Positions 51,813 to 64,000 of a stretch of DNA of 64,000 nucleotides are shown here, in pieces. The notes under the pieces were generated by a model. It saw nothing but the letters and a program-made list of their open reading frames with translations. It searched no databases and was not told the DNA's origin. Each line of letters opens with the position of its first letter. Position 1 is the stretch's first letter. Position numbers and translations under genes: made by a program. Source of the DNA: Octopus vulgaris (taxonomy: Eukaryota); contig OX597826.1 in assembly GCA_951406725.2 (NCBI GenBank), positions 10,168,001-10,232,000 of the forward strand. Direction: 5' to 3'.

Positions 51813-52085
51813 GGTGTAAGAGGATGGTTAAGAAATAGTTAATTTAGATAAGATATGAAAGAGTGGTGGAGGAATGAAAATAGATGTGAGATATGCAGGG
51901 ATATTGTATATCTAGATCCATTATTTAGGCAGAATGGTATACACATAAGATTCCAATACCTTGTGAGTAAAATCCAATAGTATTTAAAATTGGTCATTCC
52001 AAGTATAGAGTTTTATTTAAAGTGACCTAATATATATATATATATATATATGCACACATACACACACACACATATATATACACAT

Positions 52086-52119
<34 letters not shown>

Positions 52120-53889
52120 ATATATACACACACACACATACACATACAGACATATACATACATATATAAAGGCACCATTCGAGTGTGATCGTTACCAGCG
52201 TCGCCTTACTGGCACTTGAGCCCCGTTCCAGTAGGGTGCTAAGAGCACCATCCGAGTGTGATCGTTGCAAAATTATGGAAGTATGGCAGAATGTGGTTAA
52301 GAAGCTTGCTTTGCAGTCATATGGTTTCAGGTTCAGTTTCACCGTATGGCATCTTGGGCAAGTGTCTTCTGCCATAGCCTTGGGACAAACAATTCCTTGA
52401 CAGTAAATTTAGTAGATGGAAACTATGTAGAAACCCATATATATATATATGTATGTATGTATATATATATATGTATATGTGTGTGTCTGTGCTTGTATCT
52501 ACATGTCCCCACCCTTGACAACCAGTGTTGGTTTATTTACATCCCTTAATTTAGCAGTTTCAGCAAAAGAAACCATTATAATAAGTACCAGACTTGAGAA
52601 AAATATGTACTGGAATTGATTCGTTTGACTGAATCTTTCAAGGTGATGCTCCAGCATGGCCACAGTGCACTGACTGAAATAAGTAAAAAATATAAAAATT
52701 AAAGGTAACTGATATCCAATGACCAATGAATACTGAATAATAAACAGGATTTTGACAGCCTGCTAGAAAGAGCAACCAAATCACCTTCAAATCACACTTT
52801 ACTCTTTTATAACATGTACATTTGGGAATATTTTAGATGCATTTTAGCTGGGGAAAGTTGGGATGGTTTATGGTTGGAACCCTTTTGATGACGTACTTCT
52901 TAAATCAGGGTTGACAGACAAAAGACCACCAAAAATTTTTTACTCAGGATAGAGGCAGTTTTCATTTAGTCTATATATACCAAGCTAAACAGAAGCCTTT
53001 TATTTTTCAAATTTACGCACATGTTCATTCAAATGAATTCTAAATATATGATCAATATTGAAAGGTTTAGCAGTTGAAATAGTGCAAGCATTAGTTTTTT
53101 CAAGAACTGTATGCATTCATTTCGTTTTTGGATTTGGTTTGCAAGATTCTTCATATGAGTTCGTGTGTTGAAGCATATTCTGTTGTGTCTGGGGAGAGTC
53201 ATTCTCTTTTAGTGCCTTATTATTTAACACACTCACCGGTAAAATTTCCACTTATTTCTTATTTTTATTTTCTAAAATTTTCGTTGCGTGTTGATTCTTT
53301 AGAAAATAAAAATAAGAAATAAGTGGGCATTTTACCGGTGAGTGTGTGAAATAATAAGGCACTAAAAGAGAATGACTCTCCCCAGACACAACAGCGTATG
53401 CATTCATTTAGACAATTTCTATTCCTGCTTTTACTGTAAGGACTCTAGCTGGTAAGAACTGTAAATATATCATGTAGAAAAGGTTTTTCCACAAATCTCT
53501 GTACACAGACTTAGCCAAAGCCTCATATCCTGTTCTTTCCTTATTGTTAGTAAAGTTGTTATAATATATATTATCCCATTTATCCATTTACTTTGGCCTA
53601 CATTTATAACTCGGGGTTTTTAGGGATAACTGTCTCTAATTGCCCCCACAAAATCTAGTTTCTGCTAACCTACAGAGCCAAATAAATTTGGCAACCCTGA
53701 CTTAGTTGGCTAGTAATATTTATCCCCACTTAAATGTGGATAGTCTGTTAGAACAAACTATATTGTGGAAGGTACAACGAGAAACTTTCATAATGGCTTT
53801 TGGTGCAAAATGGTCCTAACAGAACATCCATGTTAAAGTGGGGAGAAATATTAGCTCTCAGTATTGATACTGCCTCTGTCACTAATAAA

Positions 53890-54335
53890 AGGCACCATTC
53901 GAGTGTGATCGTTACCAGCGTTGCCTTACTGGCACTTGTGCCCCGTGCTAGTAGGGTGCTAAGAGCACCATCTGAGTGAGATCATTGCCAGAGTGGCTAA
54001 CTGGCTTCCATGCCGGTGGCACGTAAAAGGCACCATTTGAGCATGATCATTACCAGCGTCACCTTACTGGCACCTGTGCCGGTGGCATGTGGAAAAACAT
54101 TTGAGCAAGGTCGTTGCCAGTACTGCTTGACTGGCCCCCGTGCCGGTGGCATGTAAAAGCACCCATGACACTCTCGGAATGGTTGGTGTTAGGAAGGGCA
54201 TCCAGCTGTAGAAACTCTGCCAGATCAAAATTGGAGCCTGGTGCAGCCATCTGGTTTGCCAGTCCTCAGTCAAACTATCCAACCCATGCTAGCATGGAAA
54301 GCGGACGTTAAACAGTGATGATGATGATGATGATG
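53890..54335 (+). mobile_element. RTE-LINE 3' UTR copy (variant subfamily)
   Basis: Tandem units plus (GAT)n tail. Confidence 0.75.
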
Positions 54336-55129
54336 AGATTAGTGGTGGGTTAGAAGATTTTGTAAAGTTATCAGTGATCCTCTTGGCAAGGGACTAGAAA
54401 GTCCAATTGCAATTTGGGATGCAAGAAAGCTTGCAGAATATGCAATACACAAAGGAATGGTGAAATTGCTGGCCCATCATTCTGTCTACATCAGCATAGA
54501 AAAATGGATACTGGAACAACAATGGTGATGAATTTTATATTAACAAATAATAGTGTTGGCTTTAGATTGACTTGCACAAAATGTAATTTTATAGTGTATA
54601 CAAGATAATAACATTAATTAAAAGAATCAACATTTTCACAGTATAACCTAATTATTAATTACATAATAGGCTCCACAATTTTTTTCTCTATAATTTGGGT
54701 AAGTTAATTGTAGATAAGTCTAATAATTAGTTTGACACAAATATTTAATAAGAAAGATGGTAATTAAAGAAGTTGTTTTGAATTCTTGATGTAGGATTGG
54801 TTAAAGAAAATTACATTATTGGTAAATAAGAACAGAATATAAATTTTATTTTCAAGTTTAATTAGCTTTTAAAAATATAATTTACTCTTGTATGGGAAAT
54901 ATTCCTACAAAATATAAATGGATGTCTATTTTATGATTAAGGTTTATTCATCACATTATGATGATGTATTTGATAATTTTTTTATTTATGCATTATATAT
55001 GATTATTAAATAATGATAAAAATATTAGTTAAAAATTGGTATTGGATGTGTAATGGTAATGTCTGTCATGTAGGTATATATACACCATTGTTTAGTACTA
55101 TAATACACAGAGTAAGGTCACTGACTTCC

Positions 55130-55820
55130 TCTAATTTGTCGGTGTCCAACCACTGAGCTGAGCATCACCTGTTGTAAAGAATCCACTTTTCATCACAAGT
55201 CACAATCCGATCGAGAAACAGGTCGTTCTTTTTGTGTAAAAGAAGGGAAGAAGACACTTCAAAACGGCATTTTTTTGGTTGTCGTTCAGTTCGTGTGGCA
55301 CCCATTTCTCAAGTATTTTTGTTTTTCCAATCTCTTTCAAGTGGTTGGAAATTGTCTTGTACATTACGTCTAATTCAGAAGCAAGCTCTTGAACAGTTGT
55401 GTGTGGATTGGCTCTTCGTTGATCATTGTCAACATCCGATGGTCGACTACTACGCTTATCATCTTCAAGACTCTCATCACCGCCACGAAATTTCTTGAAC
55501 CACTATTGTGCAGTATGTTCATTAGTGGTTCTTGGACCAAATGCATTATTGATATCACGAGCTGTTTCAGCAGCTTTTTCGGCCTAGCTTGAACTGGAAT
55601 AAGAAAATTGTGTGAATTTGCTTTTTGTCCATGTTGTATTCAGCATCCCGGAAAAAATGGCCTAATTATTCAAAAAGAAAAAGAATAACATGATTAGACA
55701 GAGCGAACAATGAGCTTTAAAATCATTTATAAAGTCAAAGTAATTTAATGGAAATTAATTTGAAAATACATCAGTTAAAACCAAAATTTAAAATTCTGCA
55801 AGAACTTTCTTGACAACCTA

Positions 55821-55822
<2 letters not shown>
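55130..55822 (-). mobile_element. Mariner transposase 5' remnant
   Basis: The - strand reads KNDLFLDRIVTCDEKWILYN. TIR-like TATTAGGTTGTCAAGAAAGTTC at the right end. Confidence 0.8.
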
Positions 55823-55856
<34 letters not shown>

Positions 55857-56495
55857 GTAATTACGTGGATAAACAAATTAGATATTTCAAATATATTAAA
55901 TATATTCGTTTGGATATGAAATACAAATTATATATAAATGCAAAACAAGAGAAAGCAAAAGATAGAGACTTGCAGATGATGAATTTTTAAGTATAAATAT
56001 ATAAGTGCTTATACTGATAGGTCCAACTTGCACAGAGTACAAATGACAGAGAAAATTAAAGGGGTAGAAGAAAGGTGTTATAAATCCAGCAGCCGTTTCT
56101 GGGGGGTTCACAATCCATAATAATGTTGGGAGATTTAATTCATCACAATATGCGGCCATATAGATGCAATTAACAATTGGATAAGATGAGCCTCCATCAT
56201 CCGGGTAAAGAAGATCTTACAGCTAACTCTCTCCATTTAATCATTCCATCTTTGAATTTCTCTGCATTAAGATCTGAAATGTAAGATCTTCTTTACCTTG
56301 ATGATGGAAGCTTGTCTTATCTAATGTTAATTGCATACTTATGACCGCATGTTGTGATTAACTAAGTCTACCAATATTATTATGGATCACCGAGCCCCTC
56401 AAAACAGCCACTGGACTTATAATACCTTTCTTCCACCCCTTTTAAGTTTCTCTGTTGCTTGTTCTCGGTGGAAGTTGGACCTATTAATACAAACA

Positions 56496-57061
56496 TTGGG
56501 TTGTCCGGAAAGTTTGTGCCGATTTATAGTAGTTTACTTTCCAACTTATTTTAGAACATGGTTGAGTCCATAAAATAGGATTTGACTACACCTCCATTTA
56601 GAGCACAGTTTAAGCTATCTTTTTGTGGAAGAAGGTTTATGTTCCTATAACCTGTGTTAATTCTGTAACCCTTTAAAATGGGAGATAAGAAAGTTCATTT
56701 TCGGCACTTGATGCTTTGGGAACCAGACAAAAATTGCTGCAGCTCGGCTGGGATGTGTTACCCCACCCTCCATATTCACCAGATATTACTCCTTCGGATT
56801 TCCACTTATTCAAGGCTCTGCAGAATAGTCTTAATGGTAAAAATTTCAATTCCTTGGATGACGTAAAAAGATACTCTGATGAATTCTCTGCCATGAAACC
56901 ACCTCAATTCTGGGAAGAGGGTATTTTAAAGTTAAAGGAAAGATGGAGACACATTGTGCAACAAAAGGGTTCATATTTAGTTGATTAAAAATATAATGGC
57001 TAGTATTTATTGACCTTTTTCTTTCATTTAAAAATCAGCACAAACTTTCCGGACAACCCAA
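56496..57061 (+). mobile_element. Internally deleted mariner with intact TIRs
   Basis: TIR ttgggttgtccggaaagtttgtgc / gcacaaactttccggacaacccaa+TA. ORF remnant LGWDVLPHPPYSPDITPSDFHLF. Confidence 0.9.
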
Positions 57062-57390
57062 TATTTATATATTTATACTTAAAAATTCATCATTTGAAAA
57101 TCTCTATCTTTTGCTTTCATTCTTTTCGCATGCATACATATATACATATTTTGTATTTCATACCCAAACTAATATATTTAACATATTTGATATATATGAT
57201 GTATTTAATTTGTTCATCTACTTGATTGCCTCGATACCCGCTCAACTTGATCCTTCTTATAGCCTGTCTTTACCTTGCAGAACGGCTTCCTGTAAAGACA
57301 TCAGAGTCAAAGTTTGAATCTTTTGAGCACTACTATCTTCTATATGGAGAATCTCTGGATCTCATCTGTGAACTACATATATATATATAT

Positions 57391-57649
57391 GTGCCGGTGG
57401 CATGTAAAAAACACCATCCGTCCGTGGCCGTCTGCCAGCTCCGTCTGGCACCTGTGCAGGTTGCACGTAAAAAGCACCCACTACACTCTCGGAGTGGTTG
57501 GCGTTTGGAAGGGCATCCAGCCGTAGAAACACTGCCAGATCAGACTGGGCCTGAAGCAGCCTTCTGGCTTCACAGACCCCAGTTGAACCGTCCAACCCGT
57601 GCTAGCATGGAAAGCGGACGTTAAATGATGATGATGATGATGATGATCA
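57391..57649 (+). mobile_element. RTE-LINE 3' UTR copy
   Basis: Family sequence inserted in (TA)n. Confidence 0.75.
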
Positions 57650-58258
57650 TATATATATATATATTCAGATGAATATGGTACTTAAGTTAAAAGCAGCAGA
57701 ATTTTGTATGGTATTATCCATATAAATCAAATGGGGTGATTATAATCAAAATAAGCAACAAGGATATCCAAGGTAGAGTAGTCCAATTGTTTCATGCTAC
57801 TCTACCTTGGATATCCTTGTTGCTTATTTTGATTATATATATATATATATATATTTACACACACATACACACACAGGCGCATATATATTCTTTAGGGAAA
57901 GAATTTGATAAAAAAGGAGTTACACTCAATGTGTTGGTTGACCCTTGATCAACTCAGATATGTGCATTTTAGCAACCTATGTACTTTTTTAAAAAAAAAA
58001 AAGACCATTTTTAATGTATGTGTATATGCAAATTTGTTTAATACATCTGTGCATGTGTGTGTGTAATATGCTGAAAAACAAAACAAGAGTATCTGTTAGT
58101 TTGCTTAAATGATGTAATTACTTTAATAAGAGCGAAAAGCATTAATTGTGATTTAGCTTATTATGATAGATCAATGTCAGTAAAGTAATTAATTACCTAA
58201 GAAATTTATCATAAGTTACCCAGTTGCATTCCAGAAATTATAGTTAAACAATAGATTA

Positions 58259-58672
58259 TCGGAATCGAAATCGGTCAACATCAATGGAAATTGCAGCTGT
58301 GATACCAGTGCCGGTGGCACGTAAGAGAACCATCTGAACGTGGCTGTTGCCAGCACTGCCCTGACTGGCCTCGTGCCGGTGGCACGTAAAAAGCACCATC
58401 CATTCGTGGTTGTTGCCAGCCTCGCCTAGCCCCCGCGCCAGTGACATGTAAAAAGCACGAGCCGATCGTGGCCATTTGCCAGCCTCGTCTGGCACATAAA
58501 AAGCACCCACTACACTCACGGAGTGGTTGGCGTTAGGAAGGGCATCCAGCCGTAGAAACATTGCCAGATCAGACAGGGCCTGGTGCATCCTTCTGGCTTC
58601 CCAGACCCCAGTTGAACTGTCCAACCCATGCTAGCATGGAAAGCGGACGCTAAATGATGATGATGATGATGA
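58259..58672 (+). mobile_element. RTE-LINE 3' UTR copy
   Basis: Family sequence. Confidence 0.75.
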
Positions 58673-59268
58673 TTGTTACTATTAATTTAACTTTTAAAAT
58701 TATAGTTATGAATACGTAATATCTTTTATATGCGTTAGTGCATGCGTGAGGTAAAGTGTTGAAAGCTACAAAACAATGACGAATCAAAAGCTGCTTACTG
58801 ATTAGCATATTTGAATATTACATCATCAATATTTGTGCATAATATATCTATTTATAGTGAGAATAGATATCAATGATCTGAGGAAAACATAAATGTTAAC
58901 AAATCAAAATAAAAATCAAAAAATTAAAGAATTAAAAATGAATAAAATTAAAATCCCTATTTGATTAATACATTGTATCTTTAACTTAAATTTATTAATC
59001 ATCATATAAAATATTAATCGCATATTCCCAAGATACATACTTAAATTAAAGTTTTAGTAGACCATACATAATAATAATATAGTCACCTGTAAATAAAACT
59101 TGTAATCATATTTACCTTTCAGTTTATATTTTGATATTAATATGATATCTTCTAAGAATTATTTAATCTAATTAGTTACATATGTTAGTATATTAATCAG
59201 GAGATACTGTCTGACTCAAAGTTCCAGTAATCTTTCTACTATATTTAATTTTATTTTTAATTATATTT

Positions 59269-59785
59269 AAGGTGGTGAGCTGGTAGACTCGTTAGTACGC
59301 CAGTCTAAATGCTTAGCCGTATTCGCCTGTCGTTACGTTCTGAGTTCAAATTCCGCTGAAGTCGACTTTGCCTTTCATCCTTTATAGGTGCAGGAGTGGC
59401 TGTGTAGTAAGTAGCTTGCTTACCAACCACATAGTTTCGGGTTCAGTCCCACTGCATGGCACCTGTGGCAAGTATCTTCTACAATAGCCTCGGGTCGACC
59501 AAAGCCTTGTGCGTGGATTTGGTAGACGGAAACTGAAAGAAGTCTGTCGTATATATGTATATGTATATATGTGTGTGTGTTTGTGTGTCTGTGTTTGTCC
59601 CCCCAACATCGCTTGACAACTGATGCTGTTGTGTTTACATCCCCGTAACTTAGCAGTTCGGCAAAATAGACCAATAGAATAAGTACTAGGCTTACAAAGA
59701 ATAAGTCCTGGGGTTGATTTGCTCGACTAAAGGCTGTGCTCCAGCATGGCCACAGTCAAATGACTGAAACAAGTAAAAGAGTAAT
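59269..59785 (+). mobile_element. Meta-like SINE 5' half followed by a full CORE-like SINE
   Basis: Junction at about 59385. Confidence 0.8.
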
Positions 59786-61036
59786 AGTTGTTTTTGAAAG
59801 CATGTTTACATGCGTGAACACATGAAAACTCACCTTCCCTTCTTGTATCAAGGAGTTGACATCGAGAATACAAGATTTGGAAAAGCTCTTCAACACAGGA
59901 AAAAGCAAAAGGTATTACCATCTTTATAGGCACCAACCCTGCATACTATCTCCCATTCCACAGAAAAACTTGTTTCTTGTCTTTTAAATCCCAAATAAAT
60001 TTACTAAGGCTGGTACAACCTATTTCTATTATTCAAGGTGTAATAGTGATTAGCGATGTGTTTTTTTAAATATAATTTTCAGATTGCCTGACATAAAAGA
60101 ATCTCTTACCTTCAGATTTCCCTCTACATAAGTAATAAGGTAAATTATGATTAATGCTTTTAGCTCCTCTTAAAGTAATCATATCACTTAAGCTAACTAA
60201 TGGATACTCTTACTTTGTTTTCCAACTCATAACACATACACATGCACAGATGTATTAAGCAAATTTGCATATACACATACATTAATAATGGTCTTATTAT
60301 TTTTTTTTAAATACATTGGTTGCAAAAATGCACATATCTGAGTTGATCAAGGGTCAACCAACACATTTAGTGTAGAGAAATACCTAATTAACAATATTTT
60401 TTATGAAAATTTAAATTTATCTAATTTAATTTAATTTCTCAAATTGAATTAATTGGGCAAGGAAACAGCTGTAGGAGCAAGGAATTTGATATTGCACAGA
60501 ATTGAATATGTTCAAATAAATTGATGTCTGTATGTCAATTTCTCCATTTTCTTTTTCTATTACATGCATGCATACATACATACATACATACATACATACA
60601 GACAGACAGACAGACAGATACATATATGAGAAATAAGGACAAACACAAGTTTATATTATAGTTGCTCTGTGTGTTCCACCATGATGGTTATTAAGTGCCC
60701 TATAATAGGTGTTCCAAGTACATTTAGATGTTCAACCACAACAGATCATCAGGGAACAATTTATTGCATTAAGTTACAGATAGCTACCATGCACTTGGAA
60801 CCACAGTTGCTGGGCTCAATAACAACCATAATGGTGAAACACACATAGGAACTGTAATATAAACTTGTGTTTATCCTTATTTCTCCTGTATTTGCTCTGT
60901 AATTCATAATCAGTAGCTCAGTATAGAAGATACTTAACAGCTATAGGAAACAGGCTGGATTACGATAATCTGCATATCATATAACACTAACTTAGGTAAG
61001 TGTAAATTATGTATAAGGGAAGCACTCATCATTCTC

Positions 61037-62020
61037 AAAAGAATGCTAAACCTATGTAATCTGCCTCTACAGAAAATCAATTGAACCTAAATTACACAAA
61101 AGACCACACTGGCTATACTGAAAATCTTCATTAAATTTGTATGACACCCCAAATAAAAATATAACAATGGCCAACAATGTATTTAAATTGAGAAAACATG
61201 AAATCATTTGGTACAGCTCTCCCTTTTCCCTTCAAATAAAATTGTTACCAAAGATTTTCTTTAAAATTTTAAAAACAAACTTTCCAAAACCCCATAAATA
61301 CTATTTCATATTCAATAAATCTTCTGTGAAAATTTGTTACTCTTCAACACCTAATTTAGGATCAATAATATCCTCTATTAATAAATAAAAAATTAGTGCA
61401 CAGACAGGTAAATCTAACGAGTCAGATAAATACAAGAATCTTGGTCAATTTCCTAACTATAAAACACTCACTGCTCTTAGCTCCAATAAGATTGCCCAGT
61501 ATGAAATTGATACTCACAATCTAAATAATACCCTGGCTCCAAATTTATCTAAATTAAAAACAAAACAGCAAAAAAGAACAAAAAGATGCAGTTGTTACAT
61601 AAAAGATTCCTGTACTCTTGTGGGATATTATGTGTGATATGACGTGATTTATAAATGCCAGGTATCCAAACAAGATGCACAACCTAAAATATACATTGAT
61701 AGTACCACCGATTTTAAGTGTACATATCAAACTCATATCAACTCTTTTAATAATCCTAAATTTAAAACGGCCACCATGCTTGCTAACTATATACACAAAC
61801 TCAAATCAGAAAACAGAATGTATACATTAAAATAGTCCATTGAATCCCAAGCCCCCTCATATAACACTAACTTAGGTAAGTGTAAATTATGTATAAGGGA
61901 AGCACTCATCATTCTCTAAATGCACAATCTATCGCTGTTTAACAAATTGTCAGACATGGTTTTCTCATGCAAACATAAAATTTACACTACATTTTTACAC
62001 TATAGTGACTTTGATTAGAA
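61037..62020 (+). pseudogene. Penelope-like element C-terminus with GIY-YIG endonuclease (decayed)
   Basis: RKHEIIWYSSPFS...NFPKPHKYYFIFNKSSVKICYSSTPNLGSIISSIN; KRCSCYIKDSCTLVG...VIYKCQV...KIYIDSTTDFKCTYQTHINSF...TMLANYIHKLK...SYNTNLGKCKLCIREAL...FSCKH. These match the PLE IIWFNPPFS / CxC / VY..YIG..FK.R...H..SF / C.LC..E motifs. Contains stops. Confidence 0.85.
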
Positions 62021-62172
62021 TTGAACTAAGATACATTTTAAAACAAACTTTTATTCCTTGTCATGAATATTTTTATTAGAATATATTTAATTCTCTTTCT
62101 TCCCCACCCATACCTCTTATCTATAAAAACCCAGTCTCTAGTATTTGTCATTTGTCAACTTGTAAAACCTGT

Positions 62173-62260
62173 TACCCTGAAGAAGGAGGAATTGCTAAAT
62201 AATGGGTTTTATATCTCTTTATTTTTACTAGCAATTAACCTCTAGAAACAGCTGTTGGTA
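62173..62260 (+). ncRNA. Hammerhead ribozyme in the PLE 3' pLTR
   Basis: TACC-CTGAAGA-A-GGAGG.AATTGCTA...TAGCAATT..CCTC-TA-GAAA-CAGCTG-TT-GGTA, about 150 nt after the EN coding end. Confidence 0.72.
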
Positions 62261-62863
62261 CCATATTTTAACTATTCTGACTTGTAACTTCTTTCCTCCT
62301 TGTATATTTTATTTTGCTTTCATTACCATTTCAGACTTCTTTCAATATATTTATGTATACATGTATGTTTTAATGTATTTAGGTCTGCATCTAGGGATTT
62401 TTTAAAATCTATTATCTTACACACACATATATTTTTAATATATTTATTTACTTATAGATTTTTAAAAAATGTCTATGTATTTATATATTTTTAATGTATC
62501 ATGCATACTTGTTCTTTAAATTCATCTGAATCATGTTTGTGTATTAAATTACCTGGTCTTGCATCTCTTCATATTGCATATTTTTATCTTTAGTCTCAAA
62601 TTCCTCTTCAGCACTTCTAAGTGCAAACCTTAACTTTGTGAGAGAATTTCTATTTAATGATATTCTTTCTGAAAACAGTTATATGTATGCATGCATGTAT
62701 GTATATATGTATGTCATTATTCAGTTTATTTCATGATTTCTTGCCAATAGAGAAAGAACTGGTTTCTAACCTAGACCCAAGGTTCCATCACTAGAATTTC
62801 ACCATCAACAACAGGGTATTTTCGTTTGTATGTATGTATGTGCAGATTTGTTTGTTTTATGTA

Positions 62864-63213
62864 CACTTGCGTCAGAAATTAATTAGCACTTCTCAAATTT
62901 CTACATTAAATAGGTTAAATCAATTAACCTATGAGCTTAGTATGGTGTGATTTCGGTCCTTGTGAGGCGCTACCTATATCTATTAAACAAAGGAAGATTT
63001 GTCTGCATCCGCACTCCAAGTTGTTGTTGCACTGCTATGTCAACATCATAAGGCCGTAGACTCTCAAACTGCTCTGCAAACAAAGTTACGTCATCGTTCT
63101 GCGCAACAGTGAACTCGCAACAAAGCAATAGTTCGAGATATGGCCACTAGGTGACAGCACATACCTTGAGTGAAGAGCAAATCAAGGGTGCTAATTAATT
63201 TCTGACGGTAGTG
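62864..63213. mobile_element. Tc1/mariner-type MITE
   Basis: TA-cacttgcgtcagaaattaattagcac ... gtgctaattaatttctgacggtagtg-TA. Confidence 0.7.
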
Positions 63214-64000
63214 TATGTATTCTCATGCATATAGTTACATATCTAGACATGTTTATATATATTTAAATGATAAACTTCTGGAAAGTTTTACAGATTTTTA
63301 CAGTTCCAGTGATGGATTGAATCTGTAGTTTTCAAATTTGCTTTCTCCTTTCTGGTTTTGAGAAGCCTAATTTCTCTAGATTGGTATTTAGGCAGTGTGT
63401 TACATATCCCAGGGCCCCAATAATTACAGGTATAAACCTGAACTTGTAATCTGGATAGAGTAACTGCAGATTTCTCAATAGTTACATTTGGGTGTTACAT
63501 TAAAATGATGGTGATTTTATGTATTTATGTGTGTGTGTGTGTGTGTGTGTGTCAAAGACATTCCAGCCTGGTAAAAATCCCTGCCCTTAATTTAGTGTGG
63601 ATGGGTAATATCAAATATTTCAATCACAACATATATTTAAATTAAACATGAAAAAAATTGAAATATTATCATGACTTGCATGGAAAAATTGAAATATCAT
63701 CTTTCAGTATTTTATAAGATAAAATCTTAAATTATTAATTGACACATTATTAATTATCTTATAACAGCAATGCCTGGAAAAATCATGGATTACATGGAAA
63801 AATGCGAGCATGAAAAGTAATATTCTTAAGATTATAAACCTGGAAAAGTACAGGGCAAGTTATTACACCTGTAAAAGTATAGGACAAGCTATTATTTCTA
63901 GTAAAGTAAAGAATAAGAAACTTTTTACTTAAAATATTGCAGCTAAAATAAAAATTTGAATATTGAAAATTATTTTATTATAGTTTACAAATAACACTAT

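Noticed and set aside
60083-60139. AG...GT-bounded segment as the next CYB5RL exon
   Set aside because: Stops in all three frames, no G.MS/WRGP motif, and it overlaps an inverted-repeat arm.
61635-61637. TGA in the PLE Cys-rich linker as Sec (some PLEs encode selenoproteins)
   Set aside because: By eye it does not align to a conserved Cys, and the element has other TAA/TAG stops, so it is ordinary decay.

Overview
Eukaryotic, AT-rich, microsatellite- and SINE-saturated DNA. The repeat families and TTAGGG-type repeats look like an octopus/coleoid cephalopod genome (inference). Almost all six-frame ORFs are microsatellite or SINE artefacts. The only host gene I can support is a + strand CYB5RL (NADH-cytochrome b5 reductase-like) gene with three coding exons (25123-25320, 39075-39208, 43080-43167), joined in frame by GT-AG introns of about 13.8 kb and 3.9 kb. 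I could not find its remaining exons in the window. The rest is TE debris: several tRNA-derived SINE families, RTE and CR1 LINE 3' ends, Tc1/mariner remnants, piggyBac-type and 8-bp-TSD MITEs, a Gypsy LTR/gag remnant and a Penelope-like (PLE) GIY-YIG remnant. The most interesting signal is a ribozyme system. Three copies of a palindromic, TSD-flanked element are each built from a tRNA-promoter head plus a minimal hammerhead ribozyme (HHR), arranged head-to-head (40770-41076, 44246-44788, 48735-49336). Further HHR-bearing or fold-back mini-elements occur across the window, and the PLE remnant has its own HHR. A second signal is a tandem array of predicted H-type pseudoknots in the 3' UTR of an abundant RTE LINE.
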